Positions 45,409 to 54,437 of a stretch of DNA of 64,000 nt are shown in pieces. Under the pieces are notes generated by a model. It ran no database searches and had not been told where the DNA came from. It saw only the letters and a list, made by a program, of their open reading frames with translations. Both the position numbers and the translations under genes were made by a program. Origin of the DNA: Bacteroidota bacterium (GTDB taxonomy: Bacteria > Bacteroidota > Ignavibacteria > Palsa-1295); the NCBI GenBank assembly GCA_030706745.1, contig JAUZNX010000014.1:9527-73526 (forward strand), read 5' to 3'. Position 1 is the first letter of the stretch; each line of letters starts with the position of its first letter.

Positions 45409-48003
45409 TTATCGATGAATTACCAGCATCCGACTGATCCGTAGTCTGCCGGTGTGCAATTCCACAAAGTAGACTCCTTGAGCGAGACTCGAAACGTCGA
45501 TCAATTTCTCGTTAGCCTGGAAATCTATTCTTCTCCCGAGCGCATCCCATACAGAAATGGATGCATCGGCATCTAACACACCCTTCGTTTCAATTTCCAT
45601 TCGATCTGACGCCGGATTCGGTCGAATTGAAAGCAATGGCATCTGCCCATAGTGAAGGTACGTCGTCAGCATGGAGGAAACACAAAACACTGGACCGGAA
45701 ATGTGCGAAGCAATCGCACTTTCTGATAATATAAGACAAGCTGCCGGTGTGACCTGAACCGAGTCAAAATACACGGTGTCTTGCCCCTGGACATTTGGAT
45801 ACCAACGGAACAGCGCATACACTGTGTCGGGGTTGTCACCATTGCGAGCGGCAACATGAATATGCGCGGAATTCAACCCGGTGGCATAGCTACCACTCAC
45901 CCACGTGCCATCGGACCAGACGACGGAATCAAATTCCATTATAGACGTATCGAATCGGATTCGAAAATCGATGGTCTTCAGCGCGTGATTGTGTTGGATT
46001 ATGATCGGCACCCTAACTGCTCCACCAATAGTATCTCCCATCGTAACATCGAGCGTACTCAGACTCACGATTGGTGCTGGCAATCCCTCACCTCGTAGTG
46101 GAATAGTGACCGAGGAGCCATCATCGTAGGTTACCAGCAATGATCCAATCGAAGCACCTGCCTGATTCGTCAGGAAGTGCAACGCAATCGAATCCAGGTC
46201 TTTGATCGTATCATAGACAAGCGTGTCGATCGTGTAATTTGCGGAGTTAGGACCGGAAATGGCAAGGGAGCGGATTTGTCGCAACGCACAAGCCCGGTCG
46301 ATAAAGAAATGCTGAAAGACCGGAGCATCGCAAGGGGAAAGAGTATCACGCGCAAACATCGTATCCGGCAATGGCAGGAGACGAGGCTGTAATGCTTTGC
46401 GTCCTATGCCAGCGAGCGGTATGCTGACGGTACTACCATCGTCATAGACCACTTGCAGCATGCCATGGGCCAATATCGAATCGTCGGAAGAGAATCGGAT
46501 GATAATCGAATCCGATCCTAACGATTCGACAAAGAACGATGTGTCAACTACGTAATTAGTCGAATTCGCTCCGGTGACGTGAATGGATTGGATCTGTCGC
46601 GAATCGCAAATACGGTCGATCCGCAACCCCTCGATCGCCGGGCCGCCACATGGGAAGACGCTATCGCGCTTGAAGATGGTATCCGAACTCGCGAAGAGGC
46701 GGGGCGCCCCGCGAGGAATGCAGAAGCCGCTTAGCGGCACGCTTAACGTCGTATCGCCGCTATAATGCAAGAGCAAACTGCCACTATCCTTCCCGGCGAC
46801 ACTTGGAATATATCGGATGTAGATCGAGTCGATCGCAGGCTCGCCACTGGTGTGGACCGCCGCAATTTGGTACGCGGAAGAATCACCTCCACCTCGTTGG
46901 ACAGACAGCAACGATACCGCTCCACAGGTCCTCGCAACTGCGATGGACCTCATGACTGTATCCCGGCAGAGTGAAACAGTATCGTCAGCGAATAGAGTAT
47001 CCGTATTGAGGAGAACGGGCACCGAGACGATTCTTGTCACCGGAAATTCGCCGTCGTTCGAAGTGCGCCACATGTTGCCAAACGAATCGATCACCAGCAA
47101 TATGCTATCAGCCACGACGGAAAGCGATTGATTATCCGGCGGACCCGTCGGTCCACCGATTGTAGTCCAAGTGATGCCGTGATCGGTCGAGCGGATGATC
47201 CCATCTTGCGTCTGAGTGTAGACTGCTGCTTTGGATGTGGCAATATTGCCACAATAATAATCGATACCATGCGGATTTTGCGATGTCCATGTCCAGCCAT
47301 TATCCCGGGATACAAAGATGGAGGTTACGGTATCGATCAAACCGAACTGTTGAATCTTCTCGTTGACCGCATACACAGTCGAGGCATCACAGGAATCGAG
47401 CGATAGTTGGTTGCAGTCGAGTTGAAGTGTGCCCCGCGCTTGCCACGTTGATCCGGCACCATCCGACACAACAATGGAGGAATTGTTCATATAATACACT
47501 GTACCATTTCGTGCGACAATAGGATCGATCGCATCGGCAACTGGCTGTTGCCTCGCAATCGTCCCGTTTATGTTTATCTCGATTGCGCCGCCCGAGCTGT
47601 AATAAATCGTATCCGCCGTCATGCCATAAGCCACCCATCGCTTGACAATTGATGGAAGCAGTTGCCAGGACGCACAGCCGTCACTGGTGACATACGCGCT
47701 GTATGGCGTGCTACCGGCTATCACGACCCCGTGGAGACGATCGAAGAAGGCAATCGCCGCAATGGTCGTTGGCGTTCCGGGAAAATAAATCTTCGACCAC
47801 GTAAGTCCAAGATCGCTGGAGCGCCAGAGAGAATTGCCACCGGCCCAGACAATACCGTCACTGAAATTGATCGCACATCCCTCCCTCGCGTTCATGGAAA
47901 GAAACGCGGGACCGGTCACACGCTGCCATTGCGCTTGCGAGGTTGACCCCAGTGCGGATAGCGGGAGCAGTACGAATAAGAACTTGAACGAGAATCGAAG
48001 CAT
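45409..48003 (-). CDS. Secreted BNR/Asp-box beta-propeller protein (sialidase / Ycf48-like) with Ig-like modules and a T9SS C-terminal sorting domain
   Basis: Asp-box motifs appear (SSDLGLTWS, TSDGCASWQ, SRDNGWTWT, STDHGITWT). The CTD is IRPNPASDRMEIET...LAQGVYFVELHTGRLRISRMLVIHR. Confidence 0.7.
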   Translation of the reverse strand: MLRFSFKFLFVLLPLSALGSTSQAQWQRVTGPAFLSMNAREGCAINFSDGIVWAGGNSLWRSSDLGLTWSKIYFPGTPTTIAAIAFFDRLHGVVIAGSTPYSAYVTSDGCASWQLLPSIVKRWVAYGMTADTIYYSSGGAIEININGTIARQQPVADAIDPIVARNGTVYYMNNSSIVVSDGAGSTWQARGTLQLDCNQLSLDSCDASTVYAVNEKIQQFGLIDTVTSIFVSRDNGWTWTSQNPHGIDYYCGNIATSKAAVYTQTQDGIIRSTDHGITWTTIGGPTGPPDNQSLSVVADSILLVIDSFGNMWRTSNDGEFPVTRIVSVPVLLNTDTLFADDTVSLCRDTVMRSIAVARTCGAVSLLSVQRGGGDSSAYQIAAVHTSGEPAIDSIYIRYIPSVAGKDSGSLLLHYSGDTTLSVPLSGFCIPRGAPRLFASSDTIFKRDSVFPCGGPAIEGLRIDRICDSRQIQSIHVTGANSTNYVVDTSFFVESLGSDSIIIRFSSDDSILAHGMLQVVYDDGSTVSIPLAGIGRKALQPRLLPLPDTMFARDTLSPCDAPVFQHFFIDRACALRQIRSLAISGPNSANYTIDTLVYDTIKDLDSIALHFLTNQAGASIGSLLVTYDDGSSVTIPLRGEGLPAPIVSLSTLDVTMGDTIGGAVRVPIIIQHNHALKTIDFRIRFDTSIMEFDSVVWSDGTWVSGSYATGLNSAHIHVAARNGDNPDTVYALFRWYPNVQGQDTVYFDSVQVTPAACLILSESAIASHISGPVFCVSSMLTTYLHYGQMPLLSIRPNPASDRMEIETKGVLDADASISVWDALGRRIDFQANEKLIDVSSLAQGVYFVELHTGRLRISRMLVIHR

Positions 48004-48107
48004 AGATCGCCTCTCAGTATGAGAGACAAATATAGTCAATTTCAAGCGCTTAGCCTCTCAAATTGCCAAAATGCAAGTGGCGGGGAGTTACCTCCATCGC
48101 TTTGCGA

Positions 48108-51100
48108 TTATCGCTCGATGATGAGCGTGCGGCCAGTCTGCCAAGCACCATGCTGAGCCTGCACATAATATAGGCCTGCAGGGAATTGAGAAACATCTAT
48201 CGTCCGCGCACTTCCCGCCATTCGCAACACATCGCGTCCCAGTGCATCCGAAATTCGAATTGCATCAATTGGCGCATTACTCGCGAGTTCGATGAGATGC
48301 GAGGCAGGGTTTGGCCGGATGAACAAATCCGGCATCACGCCGCGGCGCAACTGGCTGACCAGAAACGGTGACCAGCACGATACCGCCCCGCTCAACCGGG
48401 CATCCGTTTGCTGATTCGATTCAACAATACAACCAGGAATTGTGGCCGTGGTGGTTATGGTGTCGAGCATGACCCTGGCGCCACCACTATCGGCGGGATA
48501 CCAGTCAAAAAGAGCATAAAGCACTGTCACCAAATCGGTCTCGTCGGATGTGAAGTCGACCGTAACGCGCAAGTCTGTTGCCGAGCGCAGCGTGAATGTT
48601 GGCGGAGGGCTTCCGGGTTTCGCCATCTGAAGACCCAGGAAGGCAAGCTGCGCGGTATCGAAATGAAGATCGAATGCCAAAGCCGCGAGAGGCGGGCCGT
48701 GATGAATGGTAATCGGAATATAGACCGTGCCGCCTATCGTATCGTCAGTAATATCGGATAGCGAAACCGAAGCTGGGGCCACCTCGCGGCCCTCCCCAGC
48801 GAGTGCAACCGTTACGCTCGCACCATCCGCATAGGTGAATACGAGACTTGCATTCGAAGGGCCGGCACTATCTGGAAGGAATATGAGCCGGACAGAATCC
48901 AGCCCGTGCAGCGAATCGCGGATGACGCCGGAAATACGATAGTTCGACGTATCTTTTCCAATGATCTTGACAGATGCAAGCTGCTGCTTATTACAGCTAA
49001 CATGCACCCAACAGCTATCCGGGACCGGCTCCTCACACGGATACATCTTCGCAGTGGAGAACAATGTGCTGCGTGAGCTCGCCAATACAGGCGGGGAAAG
49101 CTGAATGGCGGACCCACCGAGGGGTACTTGCACGCTCGCGCCATCGTCATAGCGGACCGTAAGCAGCGCATGGGATGGGCCGATTGTCGAATCCCAGAAG
49201 GATAAGCGGATTGTGTCGTAAAGCCGGATGCTGTCGCGACCAAAGCAACAGATTTTGTAATTAGCAGAGTCGACACCTTCGATCATACGGGACTTTACCG
49301 CTCGGCCTCGGCAGCCCTCATCGATTACAACAAAAGTATCGAGCGGCGCGTCGCAATAACTCACGCGCGCGGTTGAAAACAACGTGACGGGATTGAGCGC
49401 ATGTGGCAATGGGCCAGGTATGCCCAAGCCCGCCAATGGGATCGCTATGGTCGAATCATCATATTCGACGACGAGCTTACCGGCGGAACCGCCTGGCTGG
49501 GCGACAGTAAATCCAACAACGATCGTGTCGAGCTCCGCGCTAAAATTATGGTTGATACTTAAGATGTGATAATTCGCGGAATCCCTACCCGCGACTTGGA
49601 TCGATCTCATTATTCGGTCGCATACCGCCAATATGATGATCGTATCTGAAACTGGTTTATCGCAGGGGGTGAGCGTTGTGCCAGAAAAAAGGCTGTCCCG
49701 AGGCGCCAGCAATTCGATCGGCGGTGACTGGATGGTACGGCCTGCCAAAGCAAGCGTAATATTCGTACCATCGCCATAGAGAATTTCAAGGCTAGCAGCA
49801 TTCAAGCGAACAGCCCCCTGCCTAAAACGGAGCGTGATGGAGTCGAGAAACCTCTCGGTATCCCGCACCATGCTGAGGATTTGATAGTCTTTGGAATCGA
49901 GCCCCAGAATGCGGACCGATCGCAGGCTATCCTGCGGGCAAAAATATGCGATGACAATGGTACTGTCAAGCGGAACGGAACACGAATCGAGTCTTGCCCC
50001 TTGAAAGAGTGGATGACCATCTCCAAGGAGTGCGGGAGACGGCGCTGTTAGGACCTGCGACCGAAGCGGGACGATAATATGTGTACTATCATCATACGTG
50101 AGCAGAACGGTATCGACATAATAGCCGGGTCCGGTCGGCGAAAACTGGACTGCAAAAGTATCGAGCGCCGATGTCGAATCATAGACCAGGCTCTTGATTG
50201 AATAGAGAGCCGCATTTAAGCCCGCAATCCTCCAGCCGACAATATGAGGACCCATACATGTATGGCCGATGACGAATCCGCGCGTAAACGGCCCTTCACA
50301 TTCCGGTAGTGCTTGATTGGCAAACAGTGGGGTTGGAGTCAGTAAAGTGGGAGCGCCATAGTAGGGAGTTCCAATACCATCTGTTTTGCGCCACATCTTG
50401 CCGTCTTCATCCGCAACGAGCAAAACGGTATCGCCGGCAATAGCGATAAGTCGCTGGTCCGGCTGACCCGCCGGGCCGCCGATATTTTGCCAGGTCTGAC
50501 CTTTGTTGATCGAGCGAATGATACCTGCGTTAGTCTGGGTATAGATCGCCGTTCTGGATGATGCCGCGTTGCCACAATAGTATCCGGTATGGGTGGCAGC
50601 ATTGACGCGATGGGAATTCACCGCCTGCCAGGTAGCACCAAGATCGTGTGTAACGTACATTGCCGCGATGCTATCGGTTGGCCAGTAAAGAGCCTCATTG
50701 ACCAGATAGATCGTACCAGCATCACACGAATCAAAGGCCCAGGAATGACAATCGTAATCTGCGACCCCGGTTTGAGGTCCCCATGTCAGACCGGCATCAG
50801 ATGAAAGAAAGATGCGACTGTTATCTTTGTAGTAAAAAATGCCATCGCGAGAAGAAATCGGCTCGCGTTCCGAACTTGCAGATGAAAAGGACCAGGTTTT
50901 GCCTTGATCCGTGGTTCGTTGCACGCCCTGGTAAGTGGTAACGACAATTGTGTCGGCTGTCACGCCGAAGGCGGCGTCATCCACATTAGTCGAGCGCAAA
51001 ATATTCGTCCACCTGGTACCTTGATCGGTCGTCAGATAGAGTCCGCCCAGATCGACCATACATACAACACCGACCGAATCATCGAAGAATGAAATGTTAT

Positions 51101-51368
51101 AGACTCTGCCTGAGGGGCAGGAGGTCCGGGCCCATGTCAGCCCTAAATCTTGTGACTTCCAGACGTCACTCGCACCAGCCCAGACGATCCCCTGCTTATA
51201 AGTCATAGCGCCGCCGGCGAAAGAACTTGGCGATCGAAATAGCGGAGTAGCAGTCACCCGCTGCCACTGGGCGTGGATCGGCACTGCGAAAAAGAGCATA
51301 CTCAGCCCGAACGCGCACACGACAAGTGCGAACGCTCTCGGACTCACAGGAAGGGAACCTCGCTCCAT
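48108..51368 (-). CDS. Secreted BNR/Asp-box beta-propeller protein with repeated Cys-containing Ig-like modules and a T9SS CTD, a paralogue of the upstream gene
   Basis: Asp-box motifs appear (SQDLGLTWA, TTDQGTRW, TTDQGKTWS, SSDAGLTWG, SINKGQTWQ). The CTD is IRPNPASHLIEL...FPAGLYYVQAQHGAWQTGRTLIIER. Confidence 0.7.
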   Translation of the reverse strand: MERGSLPVSPRAFALVVCAFGLSMLFFAVPIHAQWQRVTATPLFRSPSSFAGGAMTYKQGIVWAGASDVWKSQDLGLTWARTSCPSGRVYNISFFDDSVGVVCMVDLGGLYLTTDQGTRWTNILRSTNVDDAAFGVTADTIVVTTYQGVQRTTDQGKTWSFSSASSEREPISSRDGIFYYKDNSRIFLSSDAGLTWGPQTGVADYDCHSWAFDSCDAGTIYLVNEALYWPTDSIAAMYVTHDLGATWQAVNSHRVNAATHTGYYCGNAASSRTAIYTQTNAGIIRSINKGQTWQNIGGPAGQPDQRLIAIAGDTVLLVADEDGKMWRKTDGIGTPYYGAPTLLTPTPLFANQALPECEGPFTRGFVIGHTCMGPHIVGWRIAGLNAALYSIKSLVYDSTSALDTFAVQFSPTGPGYYVDTVLLTYDDSTHIIVPLRSQVLTAPSPALLGDGHPLFQGARLDSCSVPLDSTIVIAYFCPQDSLRSVRILGLDSKDYQILSMVRDTERFLDSITLRFRQGAVRLNAASLEILYGDGTNITLALAGRTIQSPPIELLAPRDSLFSGTTLTPCDKPVSDTIIILAVCDRIMRSIQVAGRDSANYHILSINHNFSAELDTIVVGFTVAQPGGSAGKLVVEYDDSTIAIPLAGLGIPGPLPHALNPVTLFSTARVSYCDAPLDTFVVIDEGCRGRAVKSRMIEGVDSANYKICCFGRDSIRLYDTIRLSFWDSTIGPSHALLTVRYDDGASVQVPLGGSAIQLSPPVLASSRSTLFSTAKMYPCEEPVPDSCWVHVSCNKQQLASVKIIGKDTSNYRISGVIRDSLHGLDSVRLIFLPDSAGPSNASLVFTYADGASVTVALAGEGREVAPASVSLSDITDDTIGGTVYIPITIHHGPPLAALAFDLHFDTAQLAFLGLQMAKPGSPPPTFTLRSATDLRVTVDFTSDETDLVTVLYALFDWYPADSGGARVMLDTITTTATIPGCIVESNQQTDARLSGAVSCWSPFLVSQLRRGVMPDLFIRPNPASHLIELASNAPIDAIRISDALGRDVLRMAGSARTIDVSQFPAGLYYVQAQHGAWQTGRTLIIER

Positions 51369-51451
51369 TATGAGCTAGCCATGCGATTTACAGACACGGC
51401 TTACGCCGGAATTGTTACCACACCATAATAACCTCGATCCGGGCGATTTGT

Positions 51452-51482
51452 TACAAAAGAAAAAGGGCGGGTAACCCCGCCC
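51452..51482 (-). terminator. Rho-independent terminator for the 51522-54263 minus-strand gene
   Basis: On the minus strand the hairpin GGGCGGG-GTTA-CCCGCCC is followed by TTTTTCTTTT. Confidence 0.55.
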
Positions 51483-51521
51483 TCTTAAAATCGCGGCTAT
51501 TTCCTGCCACAGTTGGGCATA

Positions 51522-54263
51522 CTATCTCTCGATCACAAGCTGCTTCGAAGTGCGGAAGGGCTGGCCAGCCAAGTCCACACCTGTCACGCGGACAATGTAA
51601 GCGCCATTCGGAAGCGAAGTCCCCGCTGCATCACGGGTATCCCAATTGAAGGACGTATTCCCATGCAATGTTTCGAGTACGTTACCGAGCATATCGAATA
51701 TCTCGACATTTGCGCTCCGCGCCTGATCGAGTTGAATCGCGACACGATCCGACGTTGGGTTTGGCATAATCGCGAGGTTGATCGTAGCCGGGTCGATCGT
51801 TTCTATCACCCCGGCCGCGGCCGCGGCGACGGACTGAAGTTGGAAGGTCTGCGGCTGAATCGATTGGTTCGTCGCAACAAACATGGGGTCTGTCGCTGTC
51901 GCGCCAGATGGCGGATCGTTGCAGACCTGCACCATCGCCGGCAATGAGCTTCCAGGCGTGATCGTGACCGGAAAACTGCTCGCGTTCATAAGAGTGAAGT
52001 TCGTACTCTGTCCCAGAATGACCTGGTTCACTACGATCGAAGCCGATGTTGTATTGACGAGCATGATCGTATCGATCACGCAGGCATTCCCGGTGTTATT
52101 TACGATACCGATGACTTTCGTCCCATTACCGGTCAGACCGGCACCGAGATCGATGTCCGATGTGTCACGATTCCCCAGCATTCCTGGTACAGCGACACCT
52201 TCGACATGAACAGTGATCGGTCCACAAGTCATCGCCGAGCCTGTCGCGTTCAATGTTATGTCCGCTCCGAAACTTGATCGGTCCGTGCCAGTAGTTGGAT
52301 TGAATGCAACCATAAGTTGAGCTGTCCCACCCGATTGAATGGTGATCGGGAGCGAGCTCGAAACCGAAAAAGCCGAGCTGCCAGAACCGCTGATGGAAGC
52401 TCCATTAATGGTGACGCTCCCATTAGTCCGGTTGGTCAGGAAAATCGCGGATGTATCAGTCCCACCTCTCAGAATAGGTCCGATCACGCCAGACTCATGA
52501 CGCACGAAGATGCAGTTCGTAAGTTCACCATTATTATGCAGACTATCTATTGCATTTGCGTCAATACTGATAGTGATCCTGCTCGGTCCGGTTGTACCGG
52601 TCGCAAAGAGCTCAAGCGTCGCACTCTGATTTTCCATTGCGACGGTAGGACTGAAGCATACGTTGACAAACGCCGTTGAATGCGCAGCCACTTGCAGCAT
52701 TGACGCACCGCTGACGGTAAATGACGATGCACTCGAGCCAGTGATCGCTGCGCTATCGATTGTGACTACTGAAGCTGTTGGATTCGAGATACGAACCGCC
52801 TGGCAGTCAGTTGTACCGACCAGCACGTTGTTGAACTCAATGTTCTGAGTCGTGAGGAAGAATATCGAATCCCCAAGATCGAGACGCCCTTCGACCGATC
52901 CGTTCAACTCCACTCTCTCGGTCCCTTTCAAAGTGGTATCCGTCACGCCGGCAAATTGGAACGTCAACGTGGCATGTTGCTCGCCGCTCGCAGTCGTTGG
53001 CGTGTAACAGACCGTTACGCTCGCCGAGGAATCAGCGGCCACCTGAAGTGAACCGCTTCCTGTGAGTCGGAAGTCATTTGAATCTCCGGTGATCGTCAAG
53101 TTCGAGATAGTGACCGCACCGGTCGTGTTATTCTTGATCGAAACCGGCAGGCATTCCGTCTGTCCAGCCTTGGTCTCGAATTCGATCTCATCGGCAACGC
53201 GAAGCGAACCTTCCACCGAAAGCATCGCATGACCGATCAATGACACCGTGGCAGTATCGCCCGTCAGTGACCGCACCAGCAAGGATCCATTCGCCGTACC
53301 GGCAGTGCTCGATTTGAAAATAATCGGTACCGTCGTGCTACCGTTGGCCAGAACAGTAACGTTCGTCAGATTCACGCTGAATGCGCTACTCCCGGAAGGT
53401 ACCAGCGCTAAGGATAAGAGATTGGCCGTTTGATTGGCAATTGTCAACATCTGGGTATCCGGAACGTCAACCTTGGTATTAAATACCAGCGACCCTGCAG
53501 GGGTCAGCAAGAATGAGACGCGCGCCAGCGAATGTCCAACGAGTGAAATACGCTGCGTATCGCCCGAAGAAGAAATCGCTGTGAGCGTTGCACTGTCGTA
53601 ACCGGAAACAAGCGGAGAAAATGAGACCACCGTTGAGGACGAGCCATCGCCGGCAATCGTCAGGGAATTCGGATTGACCGAAAAGAGCGCCGCTCCACTT
53701 CCAGAAAGAGCCAAGGATACTGTCGTCGCCGAAGCGCTCCGATTGCTGATGTTCAATGTGTCGGCCGTGCTACTGCTGACATGAGAAACGAGTGTTAACA
53801 GGCCAGCGGGCGTGATTTGGAGCATGCCGCCTGCCGAGATTGCATGTCCCATAAGAAGCACACTCGCCGAGTCAAGCGCGGAGGATACCACGTTCAGTTT
53901 GGCCGTATCCAACCCCGCGACGATCGGTGAGAACGTGATAGTCGCACTCTGCGACATATATGCGCCGATTGTCATATAGGACGACGACGTCGTAAAGAGC
54001 GCCGCACCGCTACCAGAATAGGCAAGCGTTAGCGCGAGCGAATATGCTGTATTGTTTTGAATGGTTATAGTCTTTGTTGCGGTCGCCCCAGTTTGCGCCG
54101 TGAAATCAATCTCGCTCGATGGTGAGAGCGAAAAGGATGTTGCTGCATTGGCCGCATCTGATAGCATCATCCCAGTTAAGACTAGAAGTGCCGTATTTGT
54201 GAATAAGAGAAGAGTCTTGCATTTTGTAATAATACCCATAGACTTCATAGAAAAAAGTGGCAA
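51522..54263 (-). CDS. Secreted protein made of ~8 tandem ~95-aa ASH/choice-of-anchor-D-like (PapD-like beta-sandwich) modules plus a T9SS CTD
   Basis: Repeats of type ITI.N.S..S..L.L.GSGAALFS...TI.A..S..V.V.FSP...G...A.L are present. The CTD is MPNPTSDRVAIQL...LPNGAYIVRVTGVDLAGQPFRTSKQLVIER. Confidence 0.65.
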   Translation of the reverse strand: MPLFSMKSMGIITKCKTLLLFTNTALLVLTGMMLSDAANAATSFSLSPSSEIDFTAQTGATATKTITIQNNTAYSLALTLAYSGSGAALFTTSSSYMTIGAYMSQSATITFSPIVAGLDTAKLNVVSSALDSASVLLMGHAISAGGMLQITPAGLLTLVSHVSSSTADTLNISNRSASATTVSLALSGSGAALFSVNPNSLTIAGDGSSSTVVSFSPLVSGYDSATLTAISSSGDTQRISLVGHSLARVSFLLTPAGSLVFNTKVDVPDTQMLTIANQTANLLSLALVPSGSSAFSVNLTNVTVLANGSTTVPIIFKSSTAGTANGSLLVRSLTGDTATVSLIGHAMLSVEGSLRVADEIEFETKAGQTECLPVSIKNNTTGAVTISNLTITGDSNDFRLTGSGSLQVAADSSASVTVCYTPTTASGEQHATLTFQFAGVTDTTLKGTERVELNGSVEGRLDLGDSIFFLTTQNIEFNNVLVGTTDCQAVRISNPTASVVTIDSAAITGSSASSFTVSGASMLQVAAHSTAFVNVCFSPTVAMENQSATLELFATGTTGPSRITISIDANAIDSLHNNGELTNCIFVRHESGVIGPILRGGTDTSAIFLTNRTNGSVTINGASISGSGSSAFSVSSSLPITIQSGGTAQLMVAFNPTTGTDRSSFGADITLNATGSAMTCGPITVHVEGVAVPGMLGNRDTSDIDLGAGLTGNGTKVIGIVNNTGNACVIDTIMLVNTTSASIVVNQVILGQSTNFTLMNASSFPVTITPGSSLPAMVQVCNDPPSGATATDPMFVATNQSIQPQTFQLQSVAAAAAGVIETIDPATINLAIMPNPTSDRVAIQLDQARSANVEIFDMLGNVLETLHGNTSFNWDTRDAAGTSLPNGAYIVRVTGVDLAGQPFRTSKQLVIER

Positions 54264-54437
54264 ATTTACCCTCGACGTGAAGGCCCATTAATACTACGCT
54301 CACCGTATGCCGAAAAAGTGCCAAACGCAGATGGATCGGATTGTTTTCATTTGGTCAAGTATAAAGGACATTCGTAAAGGCAACTTTGCGGAGCAGTTTT
54401 CGTATATGGGCTGGCATCCTTCCCCTTCTGCGTATTT

